The notes: generated by a model from the sequence alone, not told the origin. Shown: positions 33,081-43,615, numbered from the stretch's first letter. The stretch: 64,000 bases of DNA from Candidatus Woesearchaeota archaeon (GCA_964408235.1 CAYOYN010000003.1:20295-84294), one strand, 5' to 3'. Translations and numbers: made by a program.

Positions 33081-34976
33081 TTATTTTAATCTTATAGTTT
33101 CTAAGTTTCTTGGTACAACTGTTTCTATACCATATTGCCTATAGACGCTGGAAGCAAAATCCAAACAACGAGATTGTTCTCCGTGGGAAATAATAACCTT
33201 TTTTGGCTTAGGGTTCATTCTTCCAATAAACTGCATTAATTCACCGCGTCCAGAGTGAGCTGATAGACCTGACATAGTCTCTACTTGCATATTTACATTA
33301 ATTGTTTCTCCTCCAAATTGTTCATCTATTTTAACGACTTTGTTTCCTTCTTGTACTGTTCTACCTAATGAACCGGGAGCCTGATAACAACCAAAAATAA
33401 TTAGATTTTTTTCATTTTCTGCAAACTCTTTGAAATATTCAACTGAGGCTCCACCTGCTAACATTCCTGAAGTTGCAATGACTATACAAGGACCTCCTTC
33501 AACAACTTCTTTTCTTTCAGTTTGCGAACCTACTCTTCTAAAGTATGGGGATGTAAAAGGATTTTCATCGTTAAAGATTTTATTTCGTACGTTATTTCCT
33601 AAAAATTCAGGATAAGCTGTATGGATTGCAGTAATGTCCCACAACATACCATCTAAATATACTGGGATCTCTGGCAATTTACCTGTTCTTATTCCATCTT
33701 CTACCCTAAGCAAAGTTTCTTGGGCGTGACCTAAACCTAACTCTGGAAGCAATATCTTTCCGCCTCTTTTCGCAGTTTCACTAACTAATTTGTTAAATAT
33801 TTCTTCTACTTCTGTCAATGGTGGCTGTATTTGATCCTTACTTCCGTAAGTTGATTCTACCATTACAGATTCAACTCTAGGATAGAAATTTACTGCAGGA
33901 TCTAGAAGTCTTGTTTTTCTGTAGTTTGAGTCTCCAGTGTATACAAAATTATGCAACCCATTTCCGATATTTACATGAGTTACTGCTGAACCTAATACGT
34001 GACCTGCATTGTAGAAAGTTATTCTAATATCCGGAGTAATATCGAAGACTTCTCCAAAATTAAGACAGATAGAATGCCTAACCATTTCTTTTACATCATC
34101 AGGTCTGTAAATTGGAGCTTCTGCTTGTTTGTATGTAACTCCTACTAAATCCAAAGCTAACAAAGCAGCTATATCTCTTGTAGGAGGAGTCATATAAACT
34201 GGACCTCTATACCCCATCTTGTACAAGTAAGGTATCAAACCAGAATGGTCCAGATGTGCGTGTGATAAAACTATTGCATCTATACTACCTAAATCTCCAA
34301 CTTCTGAAATATTAAGATATGGGAATCTATCTGGACCTTCTACAATTCCAGGGTTTATTCCACAATCAAAAATGATCTTAGATTTAGGAGTCTGTAATAA
34401 TAAACATGAACGCCCTACTTGACGACCTGAACCTAAATATGTAAGTCTGACCCACATATCCATTTTTTCAGGATTCCAATTCTCATATATTTTCTTTCCA
34501 ATTTCGTTTAGAAATTTCTTTCTGTATGAGTTATTTGCATACAATACGTCTCTGATTTTCTCAGTTATCTTTGAATGGATTGCAGGACTTCTTTGAGTTT
34601 GAATTGTCCACATTGTTGAGTCCCTTATTTGTTTTAGAATAGCTCCTTGCTTACCTATTACTGTTCCAGGGCGCTTTGCTTCAACAATAGCAGTACTTCT
34701 TTGAACGTCAAAAATAATAGATTCTATTCCAGCATCTGATGGAACTAATTCTCTAATTGTCTTTTCAGTTTCTTCCTGTGGTGCAAGTAAAGATGTATCT
34801 GCCCTTAACTCAATTCTCTTCTTTACTTTCTTTACGACATCTCGGATCTTTTCTTCACTATCTCTAAAGAATTCCTTGTCTGTGGTGTAAAGAACTATGT
34901 TAGCCCCTTCAAAAAGGCTCTCGCTAACTACACCGTTAGGTAATTCGCTTTTTATTGCCTTTAATATTTCGCTCAT
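33081..34976 (-). CDS. fttA: aCPSF1 / FttA: KH-KH plus metallo-beta-lactamase beta-CASP ribonuclease (transcription termination factor)
   Basis: 631 aa. N-terminal KH domains (GKQGAILKQI), HAHLDHSG motif, beta-CASP and C-terminal His motifs. Confidence 0.9.
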   Translation of the reverse strand: MSEILKAIKSELPNGVVSESLFEGANIVLYTTDKEFFRDSEEKIRDVVKKVKKRIELRADTSLLAPQEETEKTIRELVPSDAGIESIIFDVQRSTAIVEAKRPGTVIGKQGAILKQIRDSTMWTIQTQRSPAIHSKITEKIRDVLYANNSYRKKFLNEIGKKIYENWNPEKMDMWVRLTYLGSGRQVGRSCLLLQTPKSKIIFDCGINPGIVEGPDRFPYLNISEVGDLGSIDAIVLSHAHLDHSGLIPYLYKMGYRGPVYMTPPTRDIAALLALDLVGVTYKQAEAPIYRPDDVKEMVRHSICLNFGEVFDITPDIRITFYNAGHVLGSAVTHVNIGNGLHNFVYTGDSNYRKTRLLDPAVNFYPRVESVMVESTYGSKDQIQPPLTEVEEIFNKLVSETAKRGGKILLPELGLGHAQETLLRVEDGIRTGKLPEIPVYLDGMLWDITAIHTAYPEFLGNNVRNKIFNDENPFTSPYFRRVGSQTERKEVVEGGPCIVIATSGMLAGGASVEYFKEFAENEKNLIIFGCYQAPGSLGRTVQEGNKVVKIDEQFGGETINVNMQVETMSGLSAHSGRGELMQFIGRMNPKPKKVIISHGEQSRCLDFASSVYRQYGIETVVPRNLETIRLK

Positions 34977-34988
34977 CTTATTAGAATA

Positions 34989-35660
34989 TTACTTTGAATT
35001 TTCGAAACTTAATATTGCTTCTTTATCTACTACTTGTTTAATTTCGCCTTTCTTTACTGTGTAAATATCAATTCCTGAACCTACTCCTGGTTCTCTTGCT
35101 GTTGTTGCTTTAATACATTTAGTGACTAATGCGATTCCTTCGTCTAGAGTCATATTTTTTTTATATTCTGAATCTAGTATTGGATGAGCTTGCATTATTC
35201 CGCTTCCTGTTGCAACATAAGTATCAGAATCTTGAATATATCCATCTGGAGAAATATCGTAAAGATATAATCCATTTTCATCATAACCTGAAAGTATGAA
35301 GTGAGTTATTGCAGGTATCATTGAAGGTTGCCTTATGTTTCCATAAACCATGTTTGCCATGAAATTAGCTGCTTCTGGAACTGAGATCCTTTCTTTAGTT
35401 CTTAATTCCTTTAGTTTGAATTCTGCTTTTAATATGTCTAAAACTTTTCTTGTGTCTGAAGCAGTTCCCGCAGTTGTTGCAATCATTCTATCTGTAAGTT
35501 CTAAGATTTTCTTGGCTTTTCCTGCAATATATGAAACTCCTCCACCTTGAGAACCGTATGTTTGCCTTTTATCTGCAGCTACGACTATACCTTCTTTACA
35601 AACTACACCGATTGTTAAAGTTCCTGTCTTTAGAACGTGTTTTGAAATGTCTTCATTCAT
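34989..35660 (-). CDS. psmB: Proteasome beta subunit
   Basis: Propeptide then G|TLTIGVVCKEGIVVAADKR. Ntn-hydrolase fold signature. Confidence 0.9.
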   Translation of the reverse strand: MNEDISKHVLKTGTLTIGVVCKEGIVVAADKRQTYGSQGGGVSYIAGKAKKILELTDRMIATTAGTASDTRKVLDILKAEFKLKELRTKERISVPEAANFMANMVYGNIRQPSMIPAITHFILSGYDENGLYLYDISPDGYIQDSDTYVATGSGIMQAHPILDSEYKKNMTLDEGIALVTKCIKATTAREPGVGSGIDIYTVKKGEIKQVVDKEAILSFENSK

Positions 35661-35753
35661 TAGAATAAAAAATACCTCTTAGACTATTGTAAATGGATAG
35701 TATTTAAATTTTTTGCTTTAAAATTTAAGCCTGTTGATTTCAATCAACTTTGT

Positions 35754-37814
35754 TTAAATTTTTTCATTTGCGGTAACTTCAGAGACCCCATTAGTCTTTT
35801 TGAACCGTATAACATGATCTACAAAACCCTCCATCTTTGTTTCATGGCTAACTATTAACAGTTGTTTCACATTTAGTTCTCTAAGCATATCCCTCATTTT
35901 ATCTAATTGGACTTCTGAAAAACCTTCTGTAGGTTCATCTAAAATGACTACATCTGAAGTCTTGATTTTACTTAAGACTGAATTAATCAATTGGTTTAGA
36001 GCGAGCCTATATGCCAAAGCTACCGCAGTCCTCTCTCCTCCAGAAAGAAATTCATAATCTAACTCGAACTCATTATGAACTATTACTGGAGAGAAATTTT
36101 CATCCAGATATACTTCGAACGCATCAGTAGTTAGCATAGAAAACCACTTATTGAATATTTTAGTGAACTCTTTCCTTAATGCAATAAGGATATTTTTTTC
36201 AGTGAATTTGGCTAAATTTAAAAAATTGTTAGACAACCAGTTTTCAATATCTAGCATTTTCATTAATTTGTTCTTGGACTCTTGACCTTTTTGTATTTCT
36301 AAGGAATATTTTGATATTTCCTTAAGAGTCATTTCTATTTCTTTTCTTGTTTCCGCTAACTCTATTTCTCTTCTTTTTTCAGAGTCGGTTAAATAAGATA
36401 ATTCATCTTTTTTTATCTTAAGTAAATTTTCATATTTAGAATAATCTAAAGAGTTCTTTTTTTGCGAATCAATCTGATCATTAATAAAAATAATATCTTT
36501 TTCAAAAGCTTCTTTTAGTTTTTCTAACTCTTGTCTTTTAGAAAGATATCTGTTTAAACTTTCTTGTTTAGCATTATTTACTTGTATTGCTACTCGGTCA
36601 CTTTCTAAACTTTTTAGAATATTCTTTTGATTAGTTAATTCCGAATCTATTCTTTGAATTTCTTTAATAAGAACCCCTTTATCCTTATCAAATTTATTTA
36701 TTTTTGTTTCAACTTCATTTATGATATTATGCTTATGAGCTTCTGGAACATCTTGTAAACAAGTAGGACAATGTTTAAGCTGGTATATTTTAGTTTTTTT
36801 AACCAGCTCATTTTGTTTTTGAATATCTATAGAGTTACTATTTGAACTGAACTTCATGTATTCTTTCTCTAGCCTGTCTATTTCTTTGAGAGTTTCTGCT
36901 ATTTGGAGAGGGATTTTATTTGGATCTAGATTTATTTCAACCGGTTTTGAAGATGAAATTAAATCGTTAATTTCAATTAAATCTTTATTAAAACGAGAAT
37001 TTTGTTCTTGTTTATTTCTTAAAACTAAAGAAAGTTTTTCTATTTCTTTTTTGAAATTTTCTCTTTCTGCTACCTTAATCTGTAAATTCTCAACTTCTTT
37101 TTCTTTTAACAATCTTTCTTCTTTAATTTTTTTTATTTCTTCTTGTTTTTCTTCTATTTTGGATTGAATGATATTAAGAAATTTTTGACTTGAATCCACA
37201 TCATTTTTTCTAGTGTCTATCATTGCAGACTCTGCTTGAAGAAATCTTGAATCATCCCTAATCATTGTTGCAATTCTTGTGATATTTTCTTGAATTCTTT
37301 TGTATTTATCTATCCCGAAAACATGTCTTAAAACATCTAACCTAGTTTCAATATCTTCCCTGATTATTTCTTTCATACTTTCCTGAGGAGTATAAACTGT
37401 ATATCGGTATACTAAGTTATTTTTTCTAACAAAGTCTAGAGGATAATTAAGAAGCTCTAAAATTTTTAGTTTTACTTCTGTAACTGATGACTCAAATCTA
37501 TTTCCATTGACAGTTATTGCGGCAAAATCTTGATTTATGGATTTTGAACTTCTTTTTAGACCTCTTTCTATCAATACATTATTACCATTGATGTCTAACT
37601 CTAAAGAAACTTCTCCATACTCTTCTCCGTTTGCAAGTAAAGAAGAACCTCTTTGTCCAGGCTGTAAACCAAAAAGAGCGTATTCTATTGCTAAAAGAAC
37701 TGAAGTCTTTCCAGAACCGACATCCCCTGCTAGAAGAACCGCACCTTCAGGAAAAACTAATTCCTGTTCCTTATAGCTCCTTATATTTTTTAGTTTAATT
37801 TTTTTAAAAATCAT
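35754..37814 (-). CDS. rad50: DNA double-strand break repair ATPase Rad50 (compact, 686 aa)
   Basis: Walker A GDVGSGKTS, long coiled coil with zinc hook CPTC, signature LSGGERTAVALA, Walker B VVILDEPT. The start overlaps the mre11 stop by 4 nt. Confidence 0.9.
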   Translation of the reverse strand: MIFKKIKLKNIRSYKEQELVFPEGAVLLAGDVGSGKTSVLLAIEYALFGLQPGQRGSSLLANGEEYGEVSLELDINGNNVLIERGLKRSSKSINQDFAAITVNGNRFESSVTEVKLKILELLNYPLDFVRKNNLVYRYTVYTPQESMKEIIREDIETRLDVLRHVFGIDKYKRIQENITRIATMIRDDSRFLQAESAMIDTRKNDVDSSQKFLNIIQSKIEEKQEEIKKIKEERLLKEKEVENLQIKVAERENFKKEIEKLSLVLRNKQEQNSRFNKDLIEINDLISSSKPVEINLDPNKIPLQIAETLKEIDRLEKEYMKFSSNSNSIDIQKQNELVKKTKIYQLKHCPTCLQDVPEAHKHNIINEVETKINKFDKDKGVLIKEIQRIDSELTNQKNILKSLESDRVAIQVNNAKQESLNRYLSKRQELEKLKEAFEKDIIFINDQIDSQKKNSLDYSKYENLLKIKKDELSYLTDSEKRREIELAETRKEIEMTLKEISKYSLEIQKGQESKNKLMKMLDIENWLSNNFLNLAKFTEKNILIALRKEFTKIFNKWFSMLTTDAFEVYLDENFSPVIVHNEFELDYEFLSGGERTAVALAYRLALNQLINSVLSKIKTSDVVILDEPTEGFSEVQLDKMRDMLRELNVKQLLIVSHETKMEGFVDHVIRFKKTNGVSEVTANEKI

Positions 37815-38959
37815 GGAAACAAAACCTTTCTTGAATCTGAAAATAATCTATCTTCAAAAGCTCTTGAAGTTTCATCTTCTTTTTTATCCATATTTAATAA
37901 AGAAAGCAATAATGGAATATGTTTATTTAGCTCATGAGGATTTTTTTCACAAAATCCGTCAACTATTTCTTTTTCAAAATCTTCTGTTTGAGGAGTAATA
38001 TCTACTTCAACTATCGGAAAAAATAGTTTAGTAGTATTTTTCATAAAACAATAAACTCCTTCTTTTCTAGCAAATTCTTCTATTTTATTGAAATTAATAT
38101 CTGTAATTTTTCCTTTTTCTAATACTCCTTTTATTTTAAGGATAAAGATTTTATCCTTCAGAGAGTGTTTTTTTATTTCTTCGATAATTGTATCCGTTCC
38201 TACTAACGAATCCCTTATTTCTATATCTAGAACCAATACATCCTTTAATTTTATCTTTTGTCTTTTTGCACCTTTATTGGTATCAACTATGTAAAATGTC
38301 CCGTATTCTAAGTCTTCTAGCTCTGAAGCATTGTTTGGGTATATTGGCCCACCATAAACAGCATTTCCCTTTTCATACTCTAAATGTAAATGGCCTAGAG
38401 CCACATAATCAACTTTTGGAAGTGACTCGCGGTTTACAGAAGGGATATCTAAATTTGGTAATGCATCTTTCATAGTGGTATGTAACATTAAGATCTTAAA
38501 CATTCCAGGAGCGTCTTGCAATTTTATTTTTGGAATATCATATACTTCAAGACCTGTTTTTTTACCGGGGTACCCATATATTGCAGCTCCTTTGTACACA
38601 GTAGGTTCTAGAATTATTGAATCATCTTTCTCTATTGATTTGAAAACATTTATTCCAAAACCAGAACTAGCCATTACATCAAGAAAACTTTTTCCTGAAA
38701 TGGAATAATCATGACTTCCTGCTATGAAAAAAACCGGAATATTTGCTTCCTTTAATTTGCGAAATTCGTTGAATGCATCTTTTATTGTTTCTATTGGAGG
38801 ATAAGGGGAATCAAATAAATCTCCGGCTATAAGAATAAAATCAACTTTCTCTTTTTTACAGGTCTCTAATGCTGTTTTGAAGCTCTCAAAATTTAATTGT
38901 TGTAATTCTGGATATCTCCAAGCACCTAGATGACAGTCTGCCAAGTGGCCGAACTTCAT
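37811..38959 (-). CDS. mre11: DNA repair nuclease Mre11
   Basis: Phosphoesterase motifs HLADCHLG, GDLFD, GSHD, GHLH. Confidence 0.9.
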   Translation of the reverse strand: MKFGHLADCHLGAWRYPELQQLNFESFKTALETCKKEKVDFILIAGDLFDSPYPPIETIKDAFNEFRKLKEANIPVFFIAGSHDYSISGKSFLDVMASSGFGINVFKSIEKDDSIILEPTVYKGAAIYGYPGKKTGLEVYDIPKIKLQDAPGMFKILMLHTTMKDALPNLDIPSVNRESLPKVDYVALGHLHLEYEKGNAVYGGPIYPNNASELEDLEYGTFYIVDTNKGAKRQKIKLKDVLVLDIEIRDSLVGTDTIIEEIKKHSLKDKIFILKIKGVLEKGKITDINFNKIEEFARKEGVYCFMKNTTKLFFPIVEVDITPQTEDFEKEIVDGFCEKNPHELNKHIPLLLSLLNMDKKEDETSRAFEDRLFSDSRKVLFP

Positions 38960-39007
38960 GAAATTTATTTATATGAATAGTTTATAGGCATTGTTGTGGT
39001 ATTTATC

Positions 39008-39163
39008 TTAATCAAAATAACCAAAAACCGCATACCTAGGATCTTCAACGCTTCTTAAGATCATATCTTCATCACTCATTCTTGAAGAATATTTTGAAGA
39101 AGCTGGTTCGTAAGCTCTTACTGGCACTTCTCTAGACTCAATGACCTCATCGTAATTTAACAT
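39008..39163 (-). CDS. Small ORF (51 aa), below the ORF-track cutoff
   Basis: Hand translation: MLNYDEVIESREVPVRAYEPASSKYSSRMSDEDMILRSVEDPRYAVFGYFD*. It fills the gap upstream of mre11. No other support. Confidence 0.2.
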   Translation of the reverse strand: MLNYDEVIESREVPVRAYEPASSKYSSRMSDEDMILRSVEDPRYAVFGYFD

Positions 39164-39211
39164 CGGGTTTTTAAAATAAACTGCTTTATAAAATTATTGT
39201 ATCTGATAGTG

Positions 39212-40012
39212 TTAATTTTTCATTAATCTAATAGACCATGAAGGGTTTTCGCTAGACCCTTCTATCGGATTATCTAAGTCTAATGTTAATCCAACTATAT
39301 CCCTACCATAAATTGCAGGAGCAGTTAACCCATGATTGTACTGAGCCTTAGGATGTTTAAGATCTATTCTTCCACTTCTAACTCCCTTTAGCATGCTTGC
39401 AAGAGCTTCTAATCCTTCTTCGTCTCTTAGAGCACCCCTAAGAATCGGACTAGCCATTATTTGATCCTTGGAAGAGAATGAACCTTCTAAATCATATTTT
39501 CCAACCATTCTTACTTTTCCATCTTCACTCCTTCTTACTTTTCCATCATAATCTGGTACAACTATATTTGCTGAGTCTACTAATCTTCTTGTTACCCTTA
39601 TCCTAGGGACTGCAGGAGTACAGTCTATAAATTCAGTTCCTACGATCTTTGCACCATCGTATTTTCTTACAGTGTAACCTATTGTTCTAGTAGGGTCTTT
39701 AATTTCTCCATCTACTGGAAGAAAATCGGTAAATAAGTAGAAGTCTTTTGCTTGGAACATCGCCGTACTTCCAACTAACGGTAAACTCCCCATCATCTGT
39801 CTTATATGATCAAAAGGAGTGTTTGAATCTACGGAAGCTGATAAAAATGCTCTGCTAGCTACTTTTATCTCATCTCCAAGATTAAGAGGGCTAGCATACT
39901 CTGAATGATGGCCCATCATGAAACCCAAGTAGCTACCACTACGAGTTATAGGTGCAACTCTTAGAATATTACCTTGAATTGATTCTGCTAGATCGGTCAT
40001 AAAAATGGTCAA
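39212..40012 (-). CDS. Hypothetical soluble protein (266 aa), orphan
   Basis: Long ORF with no TM, no nucleotide-binding motif and no family recognised. Hand counts on two 60-nt lines give 33 and 47 percent G+C. Confidence 0.6.
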   Translation of the reverse strand: MTIFMTDLAESIQGNILRVAPITRSGSYLGFMMGHHSEYASPLNLGDEIKVASRAFLSASVDSNTPFDHIRQMMGSLPLVGSTAMFQAKDFYLFTDFLPVDGEIKDPTRTIGYTVRKYDGAKIVGTEFIDCTPAVPRIRVTRRLVDSANIVVPDYDGKVRRSEDGKVRMVGKYDLEGSFSSKDQIMASPILRGALRDEEGLEALASMLKGVRSGRIDLKHPKAQYNHGLTAPAIYGRDIVGLTLDLDNPIEGSSENPSWSIRLMKN

Positions 40013-40069
40013 AATTAAGCTTATTTAAACCTACTCATACATTCGTTCGTCCTCTTTGAATTTATAAGA

Positions 40070-40603
40070 TTATTCCTTTATTTCTAAAACTTCAAGAGTT
40101 TCAAAAAAAAGACTTGTTTTAGCAACGGTCTTTGACTTTAGATTTTCTTTTTCCAATTTTTTATTTATTCTTTCTATGGGCGTTAGTGAAGACACCAGTA
40201 GAAGAAGAACCCCATCTTTTTCCATGTGTCTCTTGACACGATCCAAAAAATCTAATATAAACTCGTCTCCATCATCTCCTGCTGTTGTAGTTAATTGGCT
40301 TTCTTCATCTTCGTCTTTATCTCTGGGTAAATAAGGTGGATTACAAATTATTAAGTCAAATTTACCTTTTACTTTTTGAAATAAACTGCTCCTGATTTTT
40401 TTTATATTTGGTTCTTTTATAGAATCTAGTGCTTCTTTATTTATGTCTACGGCAGTTACTGATTTTGCACCAGACTCTAGCGCAGCCTTGGCCAATATTC
40501 CGCTACCAGTACACATGTCAAGAACAGATTTGCCTAAAGAATATTTTCTTACTACACTTTCCATAAGGAAAGAATCTTCTGCCGGTTGGTATACTAAACT
40601 CAT
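40070..40603 (-). CDS. HemK/Mtq2-type N5-glutamine (release factor) methyltransferase
   Basis: SAM motif VLDMCTGSGILA and substrate motif NPPY (ICNPPYLP). 177 aa, as in archaeal Mtq2 homologs. Confidence 0.8.
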   Translation of the reverse strand: MSLVYQPAEDSFLMESVVRKYSLGKSVLDMCTGSGILAKAALESGAKSVTAVDINKEALDSIKEPNIKKIRSSLFQKVKGKFDLIICNPPYLPRDKDEDEESQLTTTAGDDGDEFILDFLDRVKRHMEKDGVLLLLVSSLTPIERINKKLEKENLKSKTVAKTSLFFETLEVLEIKE

Positions 40604-41091
40604 AGACTCAATAGATCGAGAATATCATCTTTAAAGATTATTACTGAAATTAAAGATAATATTAATAGCAAAAGTGTGAAAATTAAGAATATTAATTTTC
40701 CATTTCCTGGAGGGTTAGTTTTTTGAGCTGGAAGGGGTTTAGGCCTTACAAATTGTGCAGGTGGAAGAGGGGTGGACGGAGTTTTATATTGAGGGACTTG
40801 AGGCATTGATTGCATGGATGACATCTGTACTTTCTGCACAGGTTGTTCTACTTTAGTTGGTTGCTGAGTAATCTGCTGAGATTGTGAACTTATCTGTATC
40901 TGAGGAGTTTGTTGATTTACTTGTTGAGCCTGTTGAGCCTGAAGAGAAGGATTATTTGAAACCACATAATCATAAGCTTCTTTTACATCTTTAATTGGAT
41001 AACCTGAATTGATTAAGGATTGGGCCACTTTTTGAGGGTTCCCACCATGATCAATTGCATTCTTCAACATCCCTACTATATCATCCCTCAT
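40600..41091 (-). CDS. Tail-anchored Gln/Pro-rich protein with small N-terminal helical module
   Basis: N-terminal 45-aa module, Q/P-rich low-complexity middle, C-terminal TM LIFLIFTLLLLILSLISVIIF. 4-nt overlaps with both neighbours. Confidence 0.6.
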   Translation of the reverse strand: MRDDIVGMLKNAIDHGGNPQKVAQSLINSGYPIKDVKEAYDYVVSNNPSLQAQQAQQVNQQTPQIQISSQSQQITQQPTKVEQPVQKVQMSSMQSMPQVPQYKTPSTPLPPAQFVRPKPLPAQKTNPPGNGKLIFLIFTLLLLILSLISVIIFKDDILDLLSL

Positions 41092-42419
41092 GCTACTTTT
41101 ATTGACTCACCGTTTGATAGTAAGTGAACATTATAACCTTTTTTGTAACCCATGTCTTCTGCAACATGCATTCCAGGAATAGTCTTAGCATGATCTCCAT
41201 GTGAAGGGATAACATTTTCAGGATTTGTTAATTTGATTAATTCCATTAAGTCTTCTCTTGAACCATGTCCTGAAACGTGAAGATTTTCAGTTATATTTGG
41301 ACGATATTCATTTAATCTTTTTAGTAATTCTGCCTTTGAAGCTATTGTTTCAGGAGCAGGAATTGTTTTTGAGCAAAATACAATATTATCTCCTGCTTCT
41401 ATCTTTAGAGGTAATTGGTTTCTAGACATTCTGTCCAAAACTGAACCTTTCTCTCCTTGATGGCCTGTACAAACCACCATATATTTGTCCCTATTTGCTT
41501 GAACCATTCTCAGAGTTTTTTCAACTTGTTTTTTGTAAGTGGCCATAATTACCTTATTCTTGAATGGTGCTTCTTTGACTAATTCTGCTGCTTCTACATA
41601 CTTTGCCAAACTCCTACCAATAAATACAATTTTTCTATCTAACTTTTGACCAAAGTCTACGATGGATTTTAGCCTTGCAATGTGGGATGCAAAAGTCGTG
41701 ACTATCAATCCCTCTTTGCTTCCTTCTAACTCTTGAAACTTTTCTTTAACTAATTCCCTTGCTAAAGATTCAGAAGGAGTTTTCTTTTCTGAATGAGCAT
41801 ATAAACAATTTACTACTAGAGCCTTTACTCCTTCCTTAGATATTTGTTTTAACCTTTGATAATTTGGTTTATCTCCTATTACCGGAGTATCATCTAACTT
41901 GTAGTCGTTTGCATATAGAACAACTCCCTCTGGAGTATGAACTGCAATTAAAGCGCATTGCAATGTTGAATGAGTCATATGCACAAATTCTACTTTGTAT
42001 TTTTGATTTCCATTAATATTTGCAAAACCGTTGGACTTAATTGAATGAATTGGATTTCTTATTCCTCTTTCAGGGAGTAGTTTCTTGAGAACTTCAACAG
42101 TGTATGGAGTACCTGAAACTGGCGCTTTATACCTATGAGCTAAATATTGAACTGCACCAACGTGATCTAAATGCCCATGAGAAATTGCGATGGACTTTAC
42201 TTTGCTTCTAAGACCTTTTTCATCAAGATAATGATCATTTGGTAAAGCTCCAATAGAACGCATTCCTTGTTCTGTAGGAACTTTTTCTCTTTCTCCGACT
42301 CCGACTAAAGCTGGAATAAATAAACCTGCATCACACAATGTCACATCATCGTTACATTCTACAGCAGTCATATTTTTACCTACCTCTGAAAAACCACCTA
42401 CTGCATGAATTTTTAACAT
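41088..42419 (-). CDS. rnj: Archaeal RNase J (metallo-beta-lactamase / beta-CASP 5'-3' exoribonuclease)
   Basis: 443 aa. SHGHLDHVGA motif and beta-CASP motifs, with no KH domains (this distinguishes it from aCPSF1). Confidence 0.85.
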   Translation of the reverse strand: MLKIHAVGGFSEVGKNMTAVECNDDVTLCDAGLFIPALVGVGEREKVPTEQGMRSIGALPNDHYLDEKGLRSKVKSIAISHGHLDHVGAVQYLAHRYKAPVSGTPYTVEVLKKLLPERGIRNPIHSIKSNGFANINGNQKYKVEFVHMTHSTLQCALIAVHTPEGVVLYANDYKLDDTPVIGDKPNYQRLKQISKEGVKALVVNCLYAHSEKKTPSESLARELVKEKFQELEGSKEGLIVTTFASHIARLKSIVDFGQKLDRKIVFIGRSLAKYVEAAELVKEAPFKNKVIMATYKKQVEKTLRMVQANRDKYMVVCTGHQGEKGSVLDRMSRNQLPLKIEAGDNIVFCSKTIPAPETIASKAELLKRLNEYRPNITENLHVSGHGSREDLMELIKLTNPENVIPSHGDHAKTIPGMHVAEDMGYKKGYNVHLLSNGESIKVA

Positions 42420-42461
42420 AATTGAATAGCGAGATATAAGTTTATAATGTTTTGTAAGAAA

Positions 42462-42713
42462 TCACAAATATCTATCTGCTACTTTATCTTTATCTACCTG
42501 ATATGTCGGCATTTGTGATTTCCGGTCATAGCCAGTATTTTTAATACATCCCTCGCTTGATGCCTCTCCTATGCAGTCCAAGAACTGGCCAACATCAACT
42601 GGCTTTCCTCTTAGAGTTTCTCCGAATTCTCTTAGATTTACGGGCTTATCCGGATTTACTCCTCTAAACATCTCTCTTTTTACCTCATCATTTGTGAGCC
42701 TAGAATCTGCCAT
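42462..42713 (-). CDS. Hypothetical protein (83 aa)
   Basis: ORF only. No motif recognised. Confidence 0.4.
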   Translation of the reverse strand: MADSRLTNDEVKREMFRGVNPDKPVNLREFGETLRGKPVDVGQFLDCIGEASSEGCIKNTGYDRKSQMPTYQVDKDKVADRYL

Positions 42714-42796
42714 TTGATTTGAACAGTAAATTAAGATTATTAAATATTATTGATATTGAAAAGTATAAATATGGATATAGAGTCATACTTGAAAAG

Positions 42797-43615
42797 ATGG
42801 AACACCATATTAATGTTTTATACGGAGCAGTAATATTACTTCTTATTGTACAACTTGTTTCATTTACATTTGTAAGCTCTCAATCTGCTAAACTTATTGC
42901 TCAACAAAGCAACTTTGAAGAAGAAATTAAAGGGGCTTTAGGAAGCATAAGACAGGAAAACCAATATCAAATAGGAGAAATTGTAAGATCTATATCTCAA
43001 CAAAGAACTGATTTTGAAGGCCAAATTGATTTACTAAGATCCACTCAACAAGATTTATCTTCAGTTGTTGAAGGCGCAATAAAAAAAGTAGTTACAGTTA
43101 CCACAGATATCTCTGCTGGAACAGGCTTTGCAGTTTCTGATGGGAGTTATATATTAACAAACAACCACGTTATCGAGGGAAGTTCAACAATACAAGTACA
43201 AACCTACAGTAGTGAAGTTTATACTGCCGAAGTTGTTGGGACAGACCCAATAGCAGATATAGCTGTATTAAGGATTTCAACTAATTTAGAGAGTTTTACT
43301 CTAGCAGATTCTGATTCTATCTCTATAGGTCAGAAGGCAATCGCTATTGGAAACCCACTCGGATTATCATTTACAGTAACTGAAGGAATTGTTTCTGCAC
43401 TTGATAGGGAAGGACCTAATGGCCTACCTGCATATATTCAAACAGATGTTACACTAAACCCTGGAAATTCTGGAGGACCTTTAGTAGACAAAGATGGCAA
43501 CGTAATTGGAATGGCCAACTTTAAAGTTGGAGGAGCGGAAGGTTTGGGATTTGCCCTTGAAAGTAACATGTTAAGACTCAAAACAAATGAGATTGTTGGT
43601 TTTGACATAATATAA
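42797..43615 (+). CDS. Membrane-anchored trypsin-like serine protease (HtrA/DegP-like, no PDZ)
   Basis: Catalytic triad contexts TNNHVI, DIAVLR, GNSGGPL. N-terminal TM and coiled coil. First ATG is at 42797; the ORF is open from TTG 42719. Confidence 0.85.
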   Translation: MEHHINVLYGAVILLLIVQLVSFTFVSSQSAKLIAQQSNFEEEIKGALGSIRQENQYQIGEIVRSISQQRTDFEGQIDLLRSTQQDLSSVVEGAIKKVVTVTTDISAGTGFAVSDGSYILTNNHVIEGSSTIQVQTYSSEVYTAEVVGTDPIADIAVLRISTNLESFTLADSDSISIGQKAIAIGNPLGLSFTVTEGIVSALDREGPNGLPAYIQTDVTLNPGNSGGPLVDKDGNVIGMANFKVGGAEGLGFALESNMLRLKTNEIVGFDII

